Below the pieces are notes generated by a model. It worked only from the letters and a program-made list of their open reading frames with translations. It was not told where the DNA came from and searched no databases. Below, in pieces: positions 1 to 8,370 of a stretch of DNA of 32,000 nt (the first letter of the stretch is position 1; each line of letters opens with the position of its first letter). The stretch is from Schaalia meyeri. Lineage in GTDB: Bacteria > Actinomycetota > Actinomycetes > Actinomycetales > Actinomycetaceae. The position numbers and the translations under genes were made by a program. The stretch covers positions 150,001 through 182,000 of the forward strand of contig NZ_FNLK01000012.1 of the NCBI RefSeq assembly GCF_900105015.1. Direction: 5' to 3'.

Positions 1-84
1 AGGCGGCTCCCGCCCGCCACGTCGGCTACAGGTCGACGCTCAAACTTGTCGGCTCACGCCGACCCCCTCAACACAGGAGAACCC

Positions 85-492
85 ATGATTAAGGGATTCA
101 AGGAATTCATCTCTCGCGGCAACGTCGTCGAGCTCGCCGTCGGTGTCATCATCGGTGCCGCCTTCAAGAACATCGTCGACGCCCTGGTCGACGGCATCAT
201 CAACCCCCTCATCGCGGCCCTCATCGGCAAGCCCGATTTCTCGGACGCCTTCATCCTCACCCTGAACGGCACCGACGTCAAGTTCGGCGTCTTGATCACC
301 GCGGTCATCAACTTCCTGCTCATGGCCATGGCGCTCTACCTGTGCATCATCATGCCGATGAACGCCCTGAACGAGCGCATGAAGAAGAAGAACGAAGAGG
401 ACGAGGCGGCCGCCGCCGAGAAGGTCAGCGACGAGGTTAAGCTGCTGACCGAGATTCGCGACGCCCTCGCTCAGGGCAGCGCGCGTCCCTGA
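85..492 (+). CDS. mscL: Large-conductance mechanosensitive channel MscL (135 aa)
   Basis: Lies within ORF 46..492. The family-typical N-terminus MIKGFKEFISRGNVVELAVGVIIGAAF starts at ATG 85, with AGGAGA at 75-80. It has two hydrophobic helices and a charged C-terminal helix. Confidence 0.92.
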   Translation: MIKGFKEFISRGNVVELAVGVIIGAAFKNIVDALVDGIINPLIAALIGKPDFSDAFILTLNGTDVKFGVLITAVINFLLMAMALYLCIIMPMNALNERMKKKNEEDEAAAAEKVSDEVKLLTEIRDALAQGSARP

Positions 493-517
493 GCCTGTTT
501 CCTCCTCGACGGGCCAA

Positions 518-560
518 GTGGGGTCGATGCTCGCGTGAGCATCGACCCCACCCCTTTTCT
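518..560 (+). terminator. Intrinsic terminator downstream of mscL
   Basis: Perfect 15-bp stem GTGGGGTCGATGCTC (518-532) / GAGCATCGACCCCAC (537-551) with a 4-nt loop, followed by CCCTTTTCT. Confidence 0.75.
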
Positions 561-783
561 GCCTTGGCGCTACGCGCGCGGTAGAGAGTGCGGCGGCACG
601 TTTTCCAGCAGCCGCGCGTCGTTGGCTCCGTCGCCCCGGTCGGGAGCGTCCGCCATGGACCCGGGACGTGTGTCCTCCGGGCGCACGCGATCCTCCCACG
701 ACGGGGGCAGCCCCTCGTCCATGAGGCGGCGGTCCACGTCCGACACGAAGCGCGCGACACGGCGCCGCCTGCGCGGCGCGGCC

Positions 784-3700
784 TCACTCATCGAAGGCCT
801 CCGAAGCGGAGTCAGCCTCATCCCCGTCCGCGTCGCCCGCCTTGGTGCGGCGCACAACATTGCCCAAAACGGCGTCCGACTGGAAGCCTCGGCGCGTAAT
901 ACCCAACGCCTCGCGGAGCTCCTCCGCCATCTCCACATCCGTGCGCTCGACACCGTCCGATCGGACCCACGCCGCCATCTCATCCAGCTGATCATCCGAA
1001 TAGGCCGCGAGCGGCAGCCCCTTGGCGATCGCCGGACGAGGCCCGCGAGCCTTCTCAGACGCGCTCTCCTTACGCTTGATGGCCAGCAGCATGCCGGTCG
1101 TATCCTCGTCCACCTTGCGGCGGCGCTGGGATTCCTCGTCCAGTTCCCCATCCAGCCCCTGGTCCAGCATGGGCAGGCGCGGCGCGGCCGGAGTATCGAC
1201 GGCGTCCGTGTCGTCCTGCGGCGAGGACGATTGCGCCTCGTCCTCGACGTGCTCATCCGCCGACTCGTCCTCGACCACCCGCTCCGGGATCTCCACCGCG
1301 GGAGCCTCGTCGGGTGAACGAAGCCCCTCAAGCGCATCGAGCACGGCATCCACGATCAGGGACGCTTCCTTGTCCGGGTCGATGAACAGAGCCATCGACA
1401 GGGCCGTGTACACGGACCATCCCTGCGCCTCGAGCCAACGGGGACGGGCCCGGTCACGCACGCGCTGGCTGGGTTCTGACAGGTATTCCTCGTCGTCCGT
1501 GAGCACTGCAACCAGCAATCGCCCCGGCGAATCCGGGTGTCCGATAGCGAGCGGCACGCGCATACCGCCGGGGATCCCGACATTGGCGACGACTTCCAGG
1601 CCGCGCGAATACAGGTGGTCGGCCAGATCCACCAGCAACCGGTCCGGCTCACCGGCCAGGACCGGCCAGGCGTCCATGCCCTCGCCGGCGTGCCCCTCGG
1701 CGATCTCGATCAGGTCCACCAGCATGCGAGATCCCTCGTGGCTCAGGCGCTCACGGTCGATGTCCGCGCTGTGGAGCGCGGACACGAGCGTCAGGTCGCC
1801 GCGCACGACGCGCAGCACCCCGGCGAGGACGTCCGCCCCGTCCTCCGCGGACAAAACGCCAAAGTCGTGGATCACGCGCCCGTGAGGGGTCTTCGCGAAG
1901 CCGACCGAGAGAATTAGGGACTCGCGCGTCAGCCCGGCGACACCGTCGGTGCTCACGACGGTGAAGGGCTCCGGGGTTGCGCGATCAAAGAACGAGGCCA
2001 GGCCAGGTTCTCGCGATCGAACGGTGTCCAGGGCATCGCGAATGCGTTGCGCGTGCCGCTCGGACAGCGCCACGACGGCCAGGGAACGCTCCGGCGACTC
2101 CACCGCGTGTTCGATGACCGCATCGACAACGGCGCGCACCTCGGCGGACGTCGATTCGACGGCGCGAGCACCGGGGGCGGGCATGCCGGTCGCCTCGATC
2201 CAGCGGGCGCTCACGGGGGCGTTCGCGGCTGTCCACGGCACGGGAATCCCCGCGTGCTCGTACCCGTAGCGGGCGAGCAGCAGCGCCACCTGATCGTTCA
2301 GGCGACGCGGACCGGGGTCGACGCGCAGGACGGGCAAAACGCCGGCCAGCTCGCGCGCCGCACCCCCCTCCGATGCGGCGGCCAGGTCATCGATAACGAC
2401 CAGCTGATGACCGCGCGCGATGATGGGAGCCAGCTCCGCCAGCGGCAGTTTATCGGCCCCGTCCAACACAACCATGTCCACGGTGCGACCCGTCGGCGTC
2501 AGCATCGGCACCATCGCGGGCACCGTCATGAGCACGGGCAGCAGGTGGCGCACCAGCGGGAAGGACACCAGCAGTTCCAGATCGCTGGGGGGCGTGCCCT
2601 TTGCCAGGAGGTTCCGCAGTTCCTCGTACTGGTCGGGGCGTGCGGCGAGCGCGTTCGTACGGATCCTGCGCACTCCCGTGATCGCCTGCGGAATCAGGGA
2701 GGCCACCTGGGCCTCGTCGAGCTCGCGCCCCTCGCGCGCCAGCTCCTCGAGCGAGGCGGGATCCACCCCTCCCAGCGCGGGCTGGGCGGCCAGCATGACG
2801 CGCAGCAGCGACGCCCACCACGCGAGGTCGAGTTCGTTGTTGACCGCGCCGCCCGGCACGCGCCGGTCGGCCAGGTCCTGGGCCAGCTCGTCCAAACCGT
2901 GCTCAGCGAGCCGCGCGCGCATCGCCAGGCGAGCGGGAACCTCGCGCGCGCCCGTAATGTCCCCCGACCACCGCTCAACGAGGGTCGTCAACCGTTGCAG
3001 GTGCGTGCCCACCAGATCCGGTTCCTCAAAGACAAACACGGGGGCGATCACGTCGAGATCGTCGCGCACCGCATCGGTCAACGCTAAAATCTCGCCGAGA
3101 TGAGCGGGCAGGATCGGCCACGAATCTTCGCCGCAGACCGCGCACCACGCGTCGCGACGCTCCTGGACGCGGACGAGTGCACGGTGCAGATCAGGCACGT
3201 GCACCCCCGGACGCACCAGGTCCTGGGCCTGCTTGACCAGACGCGTCCGCTCGGAGCGCGCCAGCGAAATGCCGTGCTCTTTGCGCCACTGCTTGGGTGC
3301 CGTCGCGATCACCATGTCAGCCGCGCTGCGCTCGAATACGCGAGGCAGGAACACGTCGAGGAGGTCCGCGATGCCGTCAAACATCGACAGCTGACGCTCC
3401 CACTGCGCCAGGGTACCGGCCGGCTTGATGCCGGCCTCGCCGGCGACCGACGCGATGTGGACGCACAGCTCGGGCAGCGTCTTTGACAGGCGATCAACCC
3501 GATGCAGCACGTCGCTCGCCTGTTCGTCTGAGGACAGGGCGGCATCCGCCCACGCGGAGGCACCGGCCCTGTCCAGCAGGCCGGACTCCAGGGCTTCACG
3601 CAGCAGGGCGCGGGCGCTCTCGCCCTGGTCGAGGGCGATGTCGTAGAGGGTCTGCTCGCGAAGATGCACGCGCGTAGCTGGAATGCCCTCGCCGCTGGTC

Positions 3701-4965
3701 AGATCCGTCAGTGCGCGCAGAGCGTCCGCGGCGCACACGCCGAAGCGACCATAGGGTTCGTGCAGCGCCTGCGCGTACGAGGCCAAGGAGCTGCGCACCT
3801 GGCGCAGGCGCGCACGCATCGCATCCACGCTCTCTTGCGAGGCGACGGGCGACATGTCCTCCATTGCGTCCTTCGCGCGAGCGGCCAGGACGCGTCGCGC
3901 GTCCGAATACCCGTCGATATTCGCGACGATATCGGCCAGCCCCATCTCGTCCAGCCGCGAATATGCGGCGATTGAACGGGAAGGGGACGTCGACACGTGC
4001 AGGACGGAGCGCCCGGTGGCCGCTGCTTCCGTCAGGATCGCCGCCACGACGGAGGCGTCGTCGCTGTGCACCGGGATGTCCACGAAGACGCTGCGCCCAT
4101 CGGAGGCGGCCTCCACCGCGTCCTGCTGGGAGGGGAGCAGGTCGCCCACGCCCTTTTCCGCCCACGGGTCGCGGTCGCCAGGATCGGGTTCGGGAGCGTC
4201 GGCCATCAGATCGTGACGCGCGTCCTGGTCGCCCGCGAGCGCGCGGATGACCGCCGAGTCCTCCAAGGCGGTCGCATCATCGCCGAGGCTGGCAGCCAAC
4301 GGAGCAGCCGGGTGGCAAAGCAGCCCGATCATCAATTCGTCGCGGATCTGGAAACGCGGGATCGCGGCGCCCACCTGGCGCAGGACGTCCATCGCCTGCG
4401 ACGAGGAGAAGCCGTGTTCCCCGATGGCCTGGGTGAGGACGTCCTCGCCGCCGATGTCCACCCCGTGCTCCCGCAGGGATTCGGTCAGTTCGGGGGCCAG
4501 CAGCGCCCCGCGGCCAAGGGCGACGAGTACGTCGTCGTCCCTGCGCACGAGGCGGACGGGACGCAGCAGGGCAGGCACGGTGACGGTGGTATTGCCGCTG
4601 CGCCAGGAAGCGGTTCCGATTCCCAGGTGGATGGGACCCGTTCCGTGGGTGGCCGCACGCTGGGAGGCGCGGGCGATGATGGCGCGCGCTCGATCGAGGG
4701 CGCGCCCCAGGGCGATGGGCTCGCGGATCAGCAGGCTCAGGCGTACGGGGTGCTCCGTGTACAGTTGAGCGAGGCCTCCGGGGTGCGCGCCGGACAGCGA
4801 CAGCGTCGGCAGGGAAGCGCTGTCGCGGGCGATGTCCTGGCCGAGACGGGTGCCCCACGCGGCACGCGCCTGACCGACGAGGGTGGTCGGGTGCGTCGAC
4901 GTGGACGAGGCCGGGGTGGCCTCGGGCTGAGGGGCTGGACGGCGCGAAAAGATACTAGAAACCAC
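784..4965 (-). CDS. DUF4011 / SF1 (Upf1-like) helicase-like protein with a DUF559-like module and a DUF3320-like C-terminus; ATPase motifs not detectable (1393 aa)
   Basis: A single intact 4.2-kb ORF with a GTG start at 4965. The N-terminal block ...THGTGPIHLGIGTASW... resembles DUF4011. RVRDRARPRWLEAQGWSVY resembles the Vsr/DUF559 signature. A DE-rich linker precedes a C-terminal ...AWVRSDGVERTDVEMAEELREALGITRRG... block that resembles DUF3320. No G-x4-GK[ST] occurs anywhere in the translation. Confidence 0.7.
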   Translation of the reverse strand: MVSSIFSRRPAPQPEATPASSTSTHPTTLVGQARAAWGTRLGQDIARDSASLPTLSLSGAHPGGLAQLYTEHPVRLSLLIREPIALGRALDRARAIIARASQRAATHGTGPIHLGIGTASWRSGNTTVTVPALLRPVRLVRRDDDVLVALGRGALLAPELTESLREHGVDIGGEDVLTQAIGEHGFSSSQAMDVLRQVGAAIPRFQIRDELMIGLLCHPAAPLAASLGDDATALEDSAVIRALAGDQDARHDLMADAPEPDPGDRDPWAEKGVGDLLPSQQDAVEAASDGRSVFVDIPVHSDDASVVAAILTEAAATGRSVLHVSTSPSRSIAAYSRLDEMGLADIVANIDGYSDARRVLAARAKDAMEDMSPVASQESVDAMRARLRQVRSSLASYAQALHEPYGRFGVCAADALRALTDLTSGEGIPATRVHLREQTLYDIALDQGESARALLREALESGLLDRAGASAWADAALSSDEQASDVLHRVDRLSKTLPELCVHIASVAGEAGIKPAGTLAQWERQLSMFDGIADLLDVFLPRVFERSAADMVIATAPKQWRKEHGISLARSERTRLVKQAQDLVRPGVHVPDLHRALVRVQERRDAWCAVCGEDSWPILPAHLGEILALTDAVRDDLDVIAPVFVFEEPDLVGTHLQRLTTLVERWSGDITGAREVPARLAMRARLAEHGLDELAQDLADRRVPGGAVNNELDLAWWASLLRVMLAAQPALGGVDPASLEELAREGRELDEAQVASLIPQAITGVRRIRTNALAARPDQYEELRNLLAKGTPPSDLELLVSFPLVRHLLPVLMTVPAMVPMLTPTGRTVDMVVLDGADKLPLAELAPIIARGHQLVVIDDLAAASEGGAARELAGVLPVLRVDPGPRRLNDQVALLLARYGYEHAGIPVPWTAANAPVSARWIEATGMPAPGARAVESTSAEVRAVVDAVIEHAVESPERSLAVVALSERHAQRIRDALDTVRSREPGLASFFDRATPEPFTVVSTDGVAGLTRESLILSVGFAKTPHGRVIHDFGVLSAEDGADVLAGVLRVVRGDLTLVSALHSADIDRERLSHEGSRMLVDLIEIAEGHAGEGMDAWPVLAGEPDRLLVDLADHLYSRGLEVVANVGIPGGMRVPLAIGHPDSPGRLLVAVLTDDEEYLSEPSQRVRDRARPRWLEAQGWSVYTALSMALFIDPDKEASLIVDAVLDALEGLRSPDEAPAVEIPERVVEDESADEHVEDEAQSSSPQDDTDAVDTPAAPRLPMLDQGLDGELDEESQRRRKVDEDTTGMLLAIKRKESASEKARGPRPAIAKGLPLAAYSDDQLDEMAAWVRSDGVERTDVEMAEELREALGITRRGFQSDAVLGNVVRRTKAGDADGDEADSASEAFDE

Positions 4966-5094
4966 GCTTCCACCCTACGGGAGGGTAACCCCATCCGCGG
5001 TGCGGCGCGCCCGAAGAGGGGAGACGACCGAAATGCTCACGGTGGCCGCGGGCGGCGACGCTGACCGGCGACGCGTTTAAAATCCCCGAATGTG

Positions 5095-5167
5095 TGCCCC
5101 CGAGACGATTCGAACGTCCGACACCCGCTTTAGGAGAGCGGTGCTCTATCCCCTGAGCTACGAGGGC
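5095..5167 (-). tRNA. tRNA-Arg (anticodon CCT)
   Basis: The reverse complement folds as a cloverleaf: GCCCTCG-TA-GCTC-AGGGGATA-GAGC-A-CCGCT-CTCCTAA-AGCGG-GTGTC-GGACG-TTCGAAT-CGTCT-CGGGGGC-A. The anticodon loop CT-CCT-AA gives Arg(CCT). CCA is not encoded. Confidence 0.9.
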
Positions 5168-5316
5168 GTGACAAGCTGTCCGCGCCCACTGTAGCAAAGT
5201 GTGCGCCCCGCCGCCCCCTCACCACCCGTCGGACACACCGCCTCCCGCGGGGTGGGAACGCCCGAAGGGCCAGGCCGGAGCCGCGCATTTAGCCCGCGCC
5301 CGATCACTGGCTGGAC

Positions 5317-6249
5317 TCAGCGGCGTTCCCAGGGGGTATCCACCGTGGCCTGCGCCTCTCCCAGGTGCGCGGAGGGGACGACCATCACGGGGCACGTCGA
5401 GTGCCCGAGGACGGTCTGGGATGTCGAACCCAGGAGCACCCCGGCCAGTCCGCCGCGCCCACGCGTGCCGACGACCACCAGGTCGACGGCCGTCGAGAAC
5501 TCGATGAGCAGCGAGGCCGCCGACCCGTCCAGGGCGTGCCGGGAGACGTGCATGTCGTCCCCATCCAAGGCGGCCTCAATGGCGGCATCCATGCCCTGGC
5601 GCACCTGGGCCAGCAGGGACGAGTGATCCACTCCCGTCGGCGTCCACGTCATGACGGAAGGGCCGACGGCGATGGGCACGGCCGACACTGCGGTGACCCT
5701 GGCCCCCCACAGGCGCGCCTCGTCGATGGAACGCCTGAGGGCACACGAGGGCTGATCGGTTCCGTCCACGCCGACGACAATGCGTTCGACCGGGGTGAAC
5801 TTCTTTCCCGAGGTGTGGCGGGGAACCACCACGACCGGGCACTTGGAGTGGGCGGGCAGGGCAGAGGAGACGGTACCCAAAAGACGATCGGCGAACCCAC
5901 CGCCCCCGCGGGATCCGACGACGATCATGTCGACCTCGGCCGAAAAATCGATGAGGACGCCGGCGGGATCGCCCGGCTCCGTTGACCCGGACACGTGCGC
6001 GGCACCACGCTCGCGCGCCAGTGTCTTCGCTTCCTCTACGACCTGTTCGGCGCCTGCCTTGAGGGCCTCGTCGTCGAGAACGGCGTATCCACCATCCAGG
6101 GCGGCCGCGGAATAGGAGGCCAGCGCGTACGTGCACAGGCAGTGAATACGCGTCCCTGTGCGCACGCCGCGATCAGCGGCCCAGGTCACGGCGGCTAGGC
6201 TCTCCGTCGAGCCATCGACACCGACCAGAATGACTTCGGTGGAACTCAT
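5317..6249 (-). CDS. Universal stress protein with tandem Usp domains (310 aa)
   Basis: Two Usp repeats, each with an ATP-binding G-2x-G-9x-G[ST] motif: GSRGGGGFADRLLGTVS and GTRGRGGLAGVLLGSTS. Start trimmed to ATG 6249 (MSSTEVILVGVDGS), which is preceded by GAGGAGGA. Confidence 0.88.
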   Translation of the reverse strand: MSSTEVILVGVDGSTESLAAVTWAADRGVRTGTRIHCLCTYALASYSAAALDGGYAVLDDEALKAGAEQVVEEAKTLARERGAAHVSGSTEPGDPAGVLIDFSAEVDMIVVGSRGGGGFADRLLGTVSSALPAHSKCPVVVVPRHTSGKKFTPVERIVVGVDGTDQPSCALRRSIDEARLWGARVTAVSAVPIAVGPSVMTWTPTGVDHSSLLAQVRQGMDAAIEAALDGDDMHVSRHALDGSAASLLIEFSTAVDLVVVGTRGRGGLAGVLLGSTSQTVLGHSTCPVMVVPSAHLGEAQATVDTPWERR

Positions 6250-6329
6250 GGTGTCCTCCTCGTGGTGGCAGTCACTCATTATTGTGCCGCATTTTGACGG
6301 TCGATGAAAGCCCAACCCGGGGGATACAC

Positions 6330-6367
6330 AATTGTCGCCGCGACCCCATCGGGCCGCGGCGACAATT
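6330..6367 (-). terminator. Terminator-like hairpin downstream of the NlpC/P60 gene
   Basis: 13-bp perfect arms AATTGTCGCCGCG (6330-6342) / CGCGGCGACAATT (6355-6367) with further pairing inside. It sits between the P60 stop (6385) and the usp start. No clear U-tract. Confidence 0.55.
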
Positions 6368-6384
6368 AGATGGCAAACTCTGGC

Positions 6385-7125
6385 TCAGTAGCGCACGTAG
6401 GTGGCGCCGGGACGCACCTGAGAAATCCTAGACACCTGGCCGGGAACCGTGGCCTCGACCATCTGGCCGCCACCGATGTAGATGCCGACGTGACCGGGGT
6501 AGGACACGATGTCACCAGGCTGCGGGTCAGAGACGACGGTGCCGCCGGCGGCCTGGGCGGACGAGGAGTGCGGCAGGTTAATGCCGGCAGCCGCGTACGC
6601 GTACTTCACCAGACCGGAGCAGTCGAGGCCCGCGAGGGACTCACCACCGTAGACGTAGGGGATGCCGGTCAGTCCCAGAGCGACGGCAGCGATGTTGCTG
6701 CCAGCCGCGTTCAGAGCGGCCCGACGGGCAGAGCTGTCGGATGCGCCGTCAGCGCGCGAGCCCGAGCGCGAGGCGGACGAATCGGAGGCGGACGTCGTGT
6801 CGGGGGCCGGAGGCTTGGGAGCCTCGGCGGTGGCCGACGAAGCGGCATCGTCTCCAGCGGTCCACGCAATGTCCGGAACATCAACGGTCGTCACGTTATC
6901 AACGGCGACGGTCGTGCTGCCTTGGCCCGAGCTCTGGGGCTCGGACTGGGGGGTCGCCGGAGCGGCGTGCGCGGCGCCAGCAGCGATAGCGGTCAGCGCG
7001 ACACCTGCGGCCGACGCGAACGCGATCGGGCGGACGGCTCCTGCGGGGTTCATGCCCTCGACCATGGAATCGGTCAGCGGGCGACGTGCCATGCGGTGAC
7101 GTGGAGCAGGCTTAGTAGTCTTCAC
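6385..7125 (-). CDS. Secreted NlpC/P60 (C40) cell-wall peptidase (246 aa)
   Basis: The C-terminal domain GIPYVYGGESLAGLDCSGLVKYAYAAAGINLPHSS...GDIVSYPGHVGIYIGGG carries a catalytic Cys/His pattern. The N-terminus has a signal-like AFASAAGVALTAIAAGAAHA and a Ser/Ala/Pro-rich linker. GTG 7125 has GGGAGA 6 nt upstream; ATG 7092 is an alternative start. Confidence 0.88.
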   Translation of the reverse strand: MKTTKPAPRHRMARRPLTDSMVEGMNPAGAVRPIAFASAAGVALTAIAAGAAHAAPATPQSEPQSSGQGSTTVAVDNVTTVDVPDIAWTAGDDAASSATAEAPKPPAPDTTSASDSSASRSGSRADGASDSSARRAALNAAGSNIAAVALGLTGIPYVYGGESLAGLDCSGLVKYAYAAAGINLPHSSSAQAAGGTVVSDPQPGDIVSYPGHVGIYIGGGQMVEATVPGQVSRISQVRPGATYVRY

Positions 7126-7142
7126 TCATGTTCTCCCAGTTT

Positions 7143-7290
7143 CCCTACGAGGTTAGCTGTCGGGTTCGGGCGGGAGGCCCGGCTCGCGTGCGAGCTTCAC
7201 CCCGAGGCTCCGAGGAGCCACTTATGGGTTCCCCGCGTGAGACGACACTTCCGCTTCATTCGTCGTCTCACTTCGGGCACCGAATGGGCG
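7143..7290 (-). promoter_or_regulatory. Cyclic-di-AMP (ydaO/yuaA-type) riboswitch in the P60 leader
   Basis: The minus-strand RNA contains CCCAUUCGG, then a 10-bp hairpin GUGAGACGAC/GUCGUCUCAC, then ACGCGGGGAACCCA, CGGGGUGAAGC and CCCGCCCGAACCCGACAGCUAACCUCGUAGGG. These match the conserved blocks of the ydaO motif as I remember them. The context, upstream of an actinobacterial cell-wall hydrolase, is classic for this riboswitch. Confidence 0.8.
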
Positions 7291-7475
7291 GGTGGTCTGA
7301 TGACCGTTGTCCACTATACCCCGCACGACCGGTCAACGTCACGTTCCGATAACATCTCTCACATTCATCGTTACCATTCTGTGACATTATCCCCGTCATT
7401 ATGCGCAAACCACTGCCCAAAACAACCGCGACATGCGTCCACTATCCGAGACGAAGCCGTGACCGGGCACGACGA

Positions 7476-7503
7476 AGGCCGGGATCCAACAGGGCCCCGG
7501 CCT
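7476..7503 (-). terminator. Hairpin downstream of the DtxR-family gene
   Basis: Arms AGGCCGGG (7476-7483) / CCCGGCCT (7496-7503), located 16 nt past the stop at 7519. Weak U-tract. Confidence 0.45.
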
Positions 7504-7518
7504 GGTCACACGGCAATT

Positions 7519-8211
7519 TTATTCCTCGCGGACAAAAAGATGAGCCGCCAACGACATCGTGATCGTGAGGTACCCGCGCACCTCTCCCGACTCGCCCAAC
7601 GCAGTAACCCGCACGACGTTGCCATGCGCGGACAAACCCACGCGAGCCCCCGGGCGCAGGCCGAGTTCATCGAAGGCGGTCAGCAATTCGACGTCGGCCT
7701 GAATCGGTTCGCCGATACGCACCAGCGTGAACTCCCCCACGTCGGGGGAACGCACTGCCAGCTCGGCGGAATACAGACGCTCACCGTCCCCCATCCCGGG
7801 CAGCGGATTGCCGTAGGGATCCACGCTGGGGTTGCCGAGCAGCTCGATCAGGCGCGCTTCAACGGCATCGCTCATCACGTGCTCCCACCGGCACGCCTCC
7901 TCGTGCAACTGTGTCCACCCGAGGCCCACGATATCCAGCAGCAGGCGCTCGGCCAAACGGTGCTTACGCAGCACCTCGGTCGCTCGCGAGCGCCCCATAT
8001 CCGTCATCTCTAGGCGCCGATCCCCCATCACGTGCAGCAGGCCGTCACGCTCCATGCGCGCAACCGTCTGCGACACCGTCGGCCCCGAGTGCCCGAGGCG
8101 GTCGACGATGCGCGCACGCAGGGGCGTCACCCCATCCTCCTCGAGCTCGAGGATGGTCTTGAGGTACATCTCGGTGGTATCAATCAGGGCTGCCACGACG
8201 TCCTCCTTCAT
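7519..8211 (-). CDS. DtxR/IdeR/MntR-family metal-dependent transcriptional repressor with a C-terminal FeoA/SH3-like domain (230 aa)
   Basis: The last 230 codons of ORF 7519..8811: MKEDVVAALIDTTEMYLKTILELEEDGVTPLRARIVDRLGHSGPTVSQTVARMERDGLL... (wHTH), a metal-site region ...HEEACRWEHVMS..., and an SH3-like tail. The ATG at 8211 fits the family N-terminus. Confidence 0.88.
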   Translation of the reverse strand: MKEDVVAALIDTTEMYLKTILELEEDGVTPLRARIVDRLGHSGPTVSQTVARMERDGLLHVMGDRRLEMTDMGRSRATEVLRKHRLAERLLLDIVGLGWTQLHEEACRWEHVMSDAVEARLIELLGNPSVDPYGNPLPGMGDGERLYSAELAVRSPDVGEFTLVRIGEPIQADVELLTAFDELGLRPGARVGLSAHGNVVRVTALGESGEVRGYLTITMSLAAHLFVREE

Positions 8212-8231
8212 CGGCCATGTCGCAACCCCAG

Positions 8232-8367
8232 GATAGGGTGACCTTTCCTCGCGCGAGGAATATCGACGCAATTTGGCGGAAAAGTGCCCTCCGTTACGTC
8301 CGCTTGCGCACGATAATTCGATCAATGTGCGTGATGGAAATAGCGGGAGACAAAAAGATAGGGTGAC
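8232..8367. repeat. Two exact copies of GATAGGGTGAC in the dtxR-serC divergent region
   Basis: The 11-mer occurs at 8232-8242, 21 nt upstream of the dtxR-family start, and at 8357-8367, 4 nt upstream of the serC ATG. The first copy contains the palindrome GGTGACC. Confidence 0.6.
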
Positions 8368-8370
8368 ACC

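Noticed and set aside
5095-5316. tRNA-Arg as a possible integration site of a genomic island.
   Set aside because: I saw no integrase or recombinase, no duplicated tRNA 3' fragment and no compositional break. The flanking genes (helicase-like protein, usp, P60) look like conserved chromosomal genes.
6370-8013. Long + strand ORF of 547 aa. Similar long antisense or off-frame ORFs include 20773..22626 (617 aa), 24077..25663 (528 aa), 3997..5064, 9616..10788, 10908..11672 and 535..1317.
   Set aside because: The translations are Arg/Gly/Pro/His-rich low-complexity strings with no family resemblance. Each is fully overlapped by a confidently recognised gene on the other strand or in another frame. 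Such open frames are expected in high-GC DNA.
8212-8370. A classical DtxR/IdeR iron box (19-bp palindrome of the TTAGGTTAGCCTAACCTAA type).
   Set aside because: No convincing palindrome of that form is present. Only the GATAGGGTGAC direct repeat is there, and it is reported separately at low interest.
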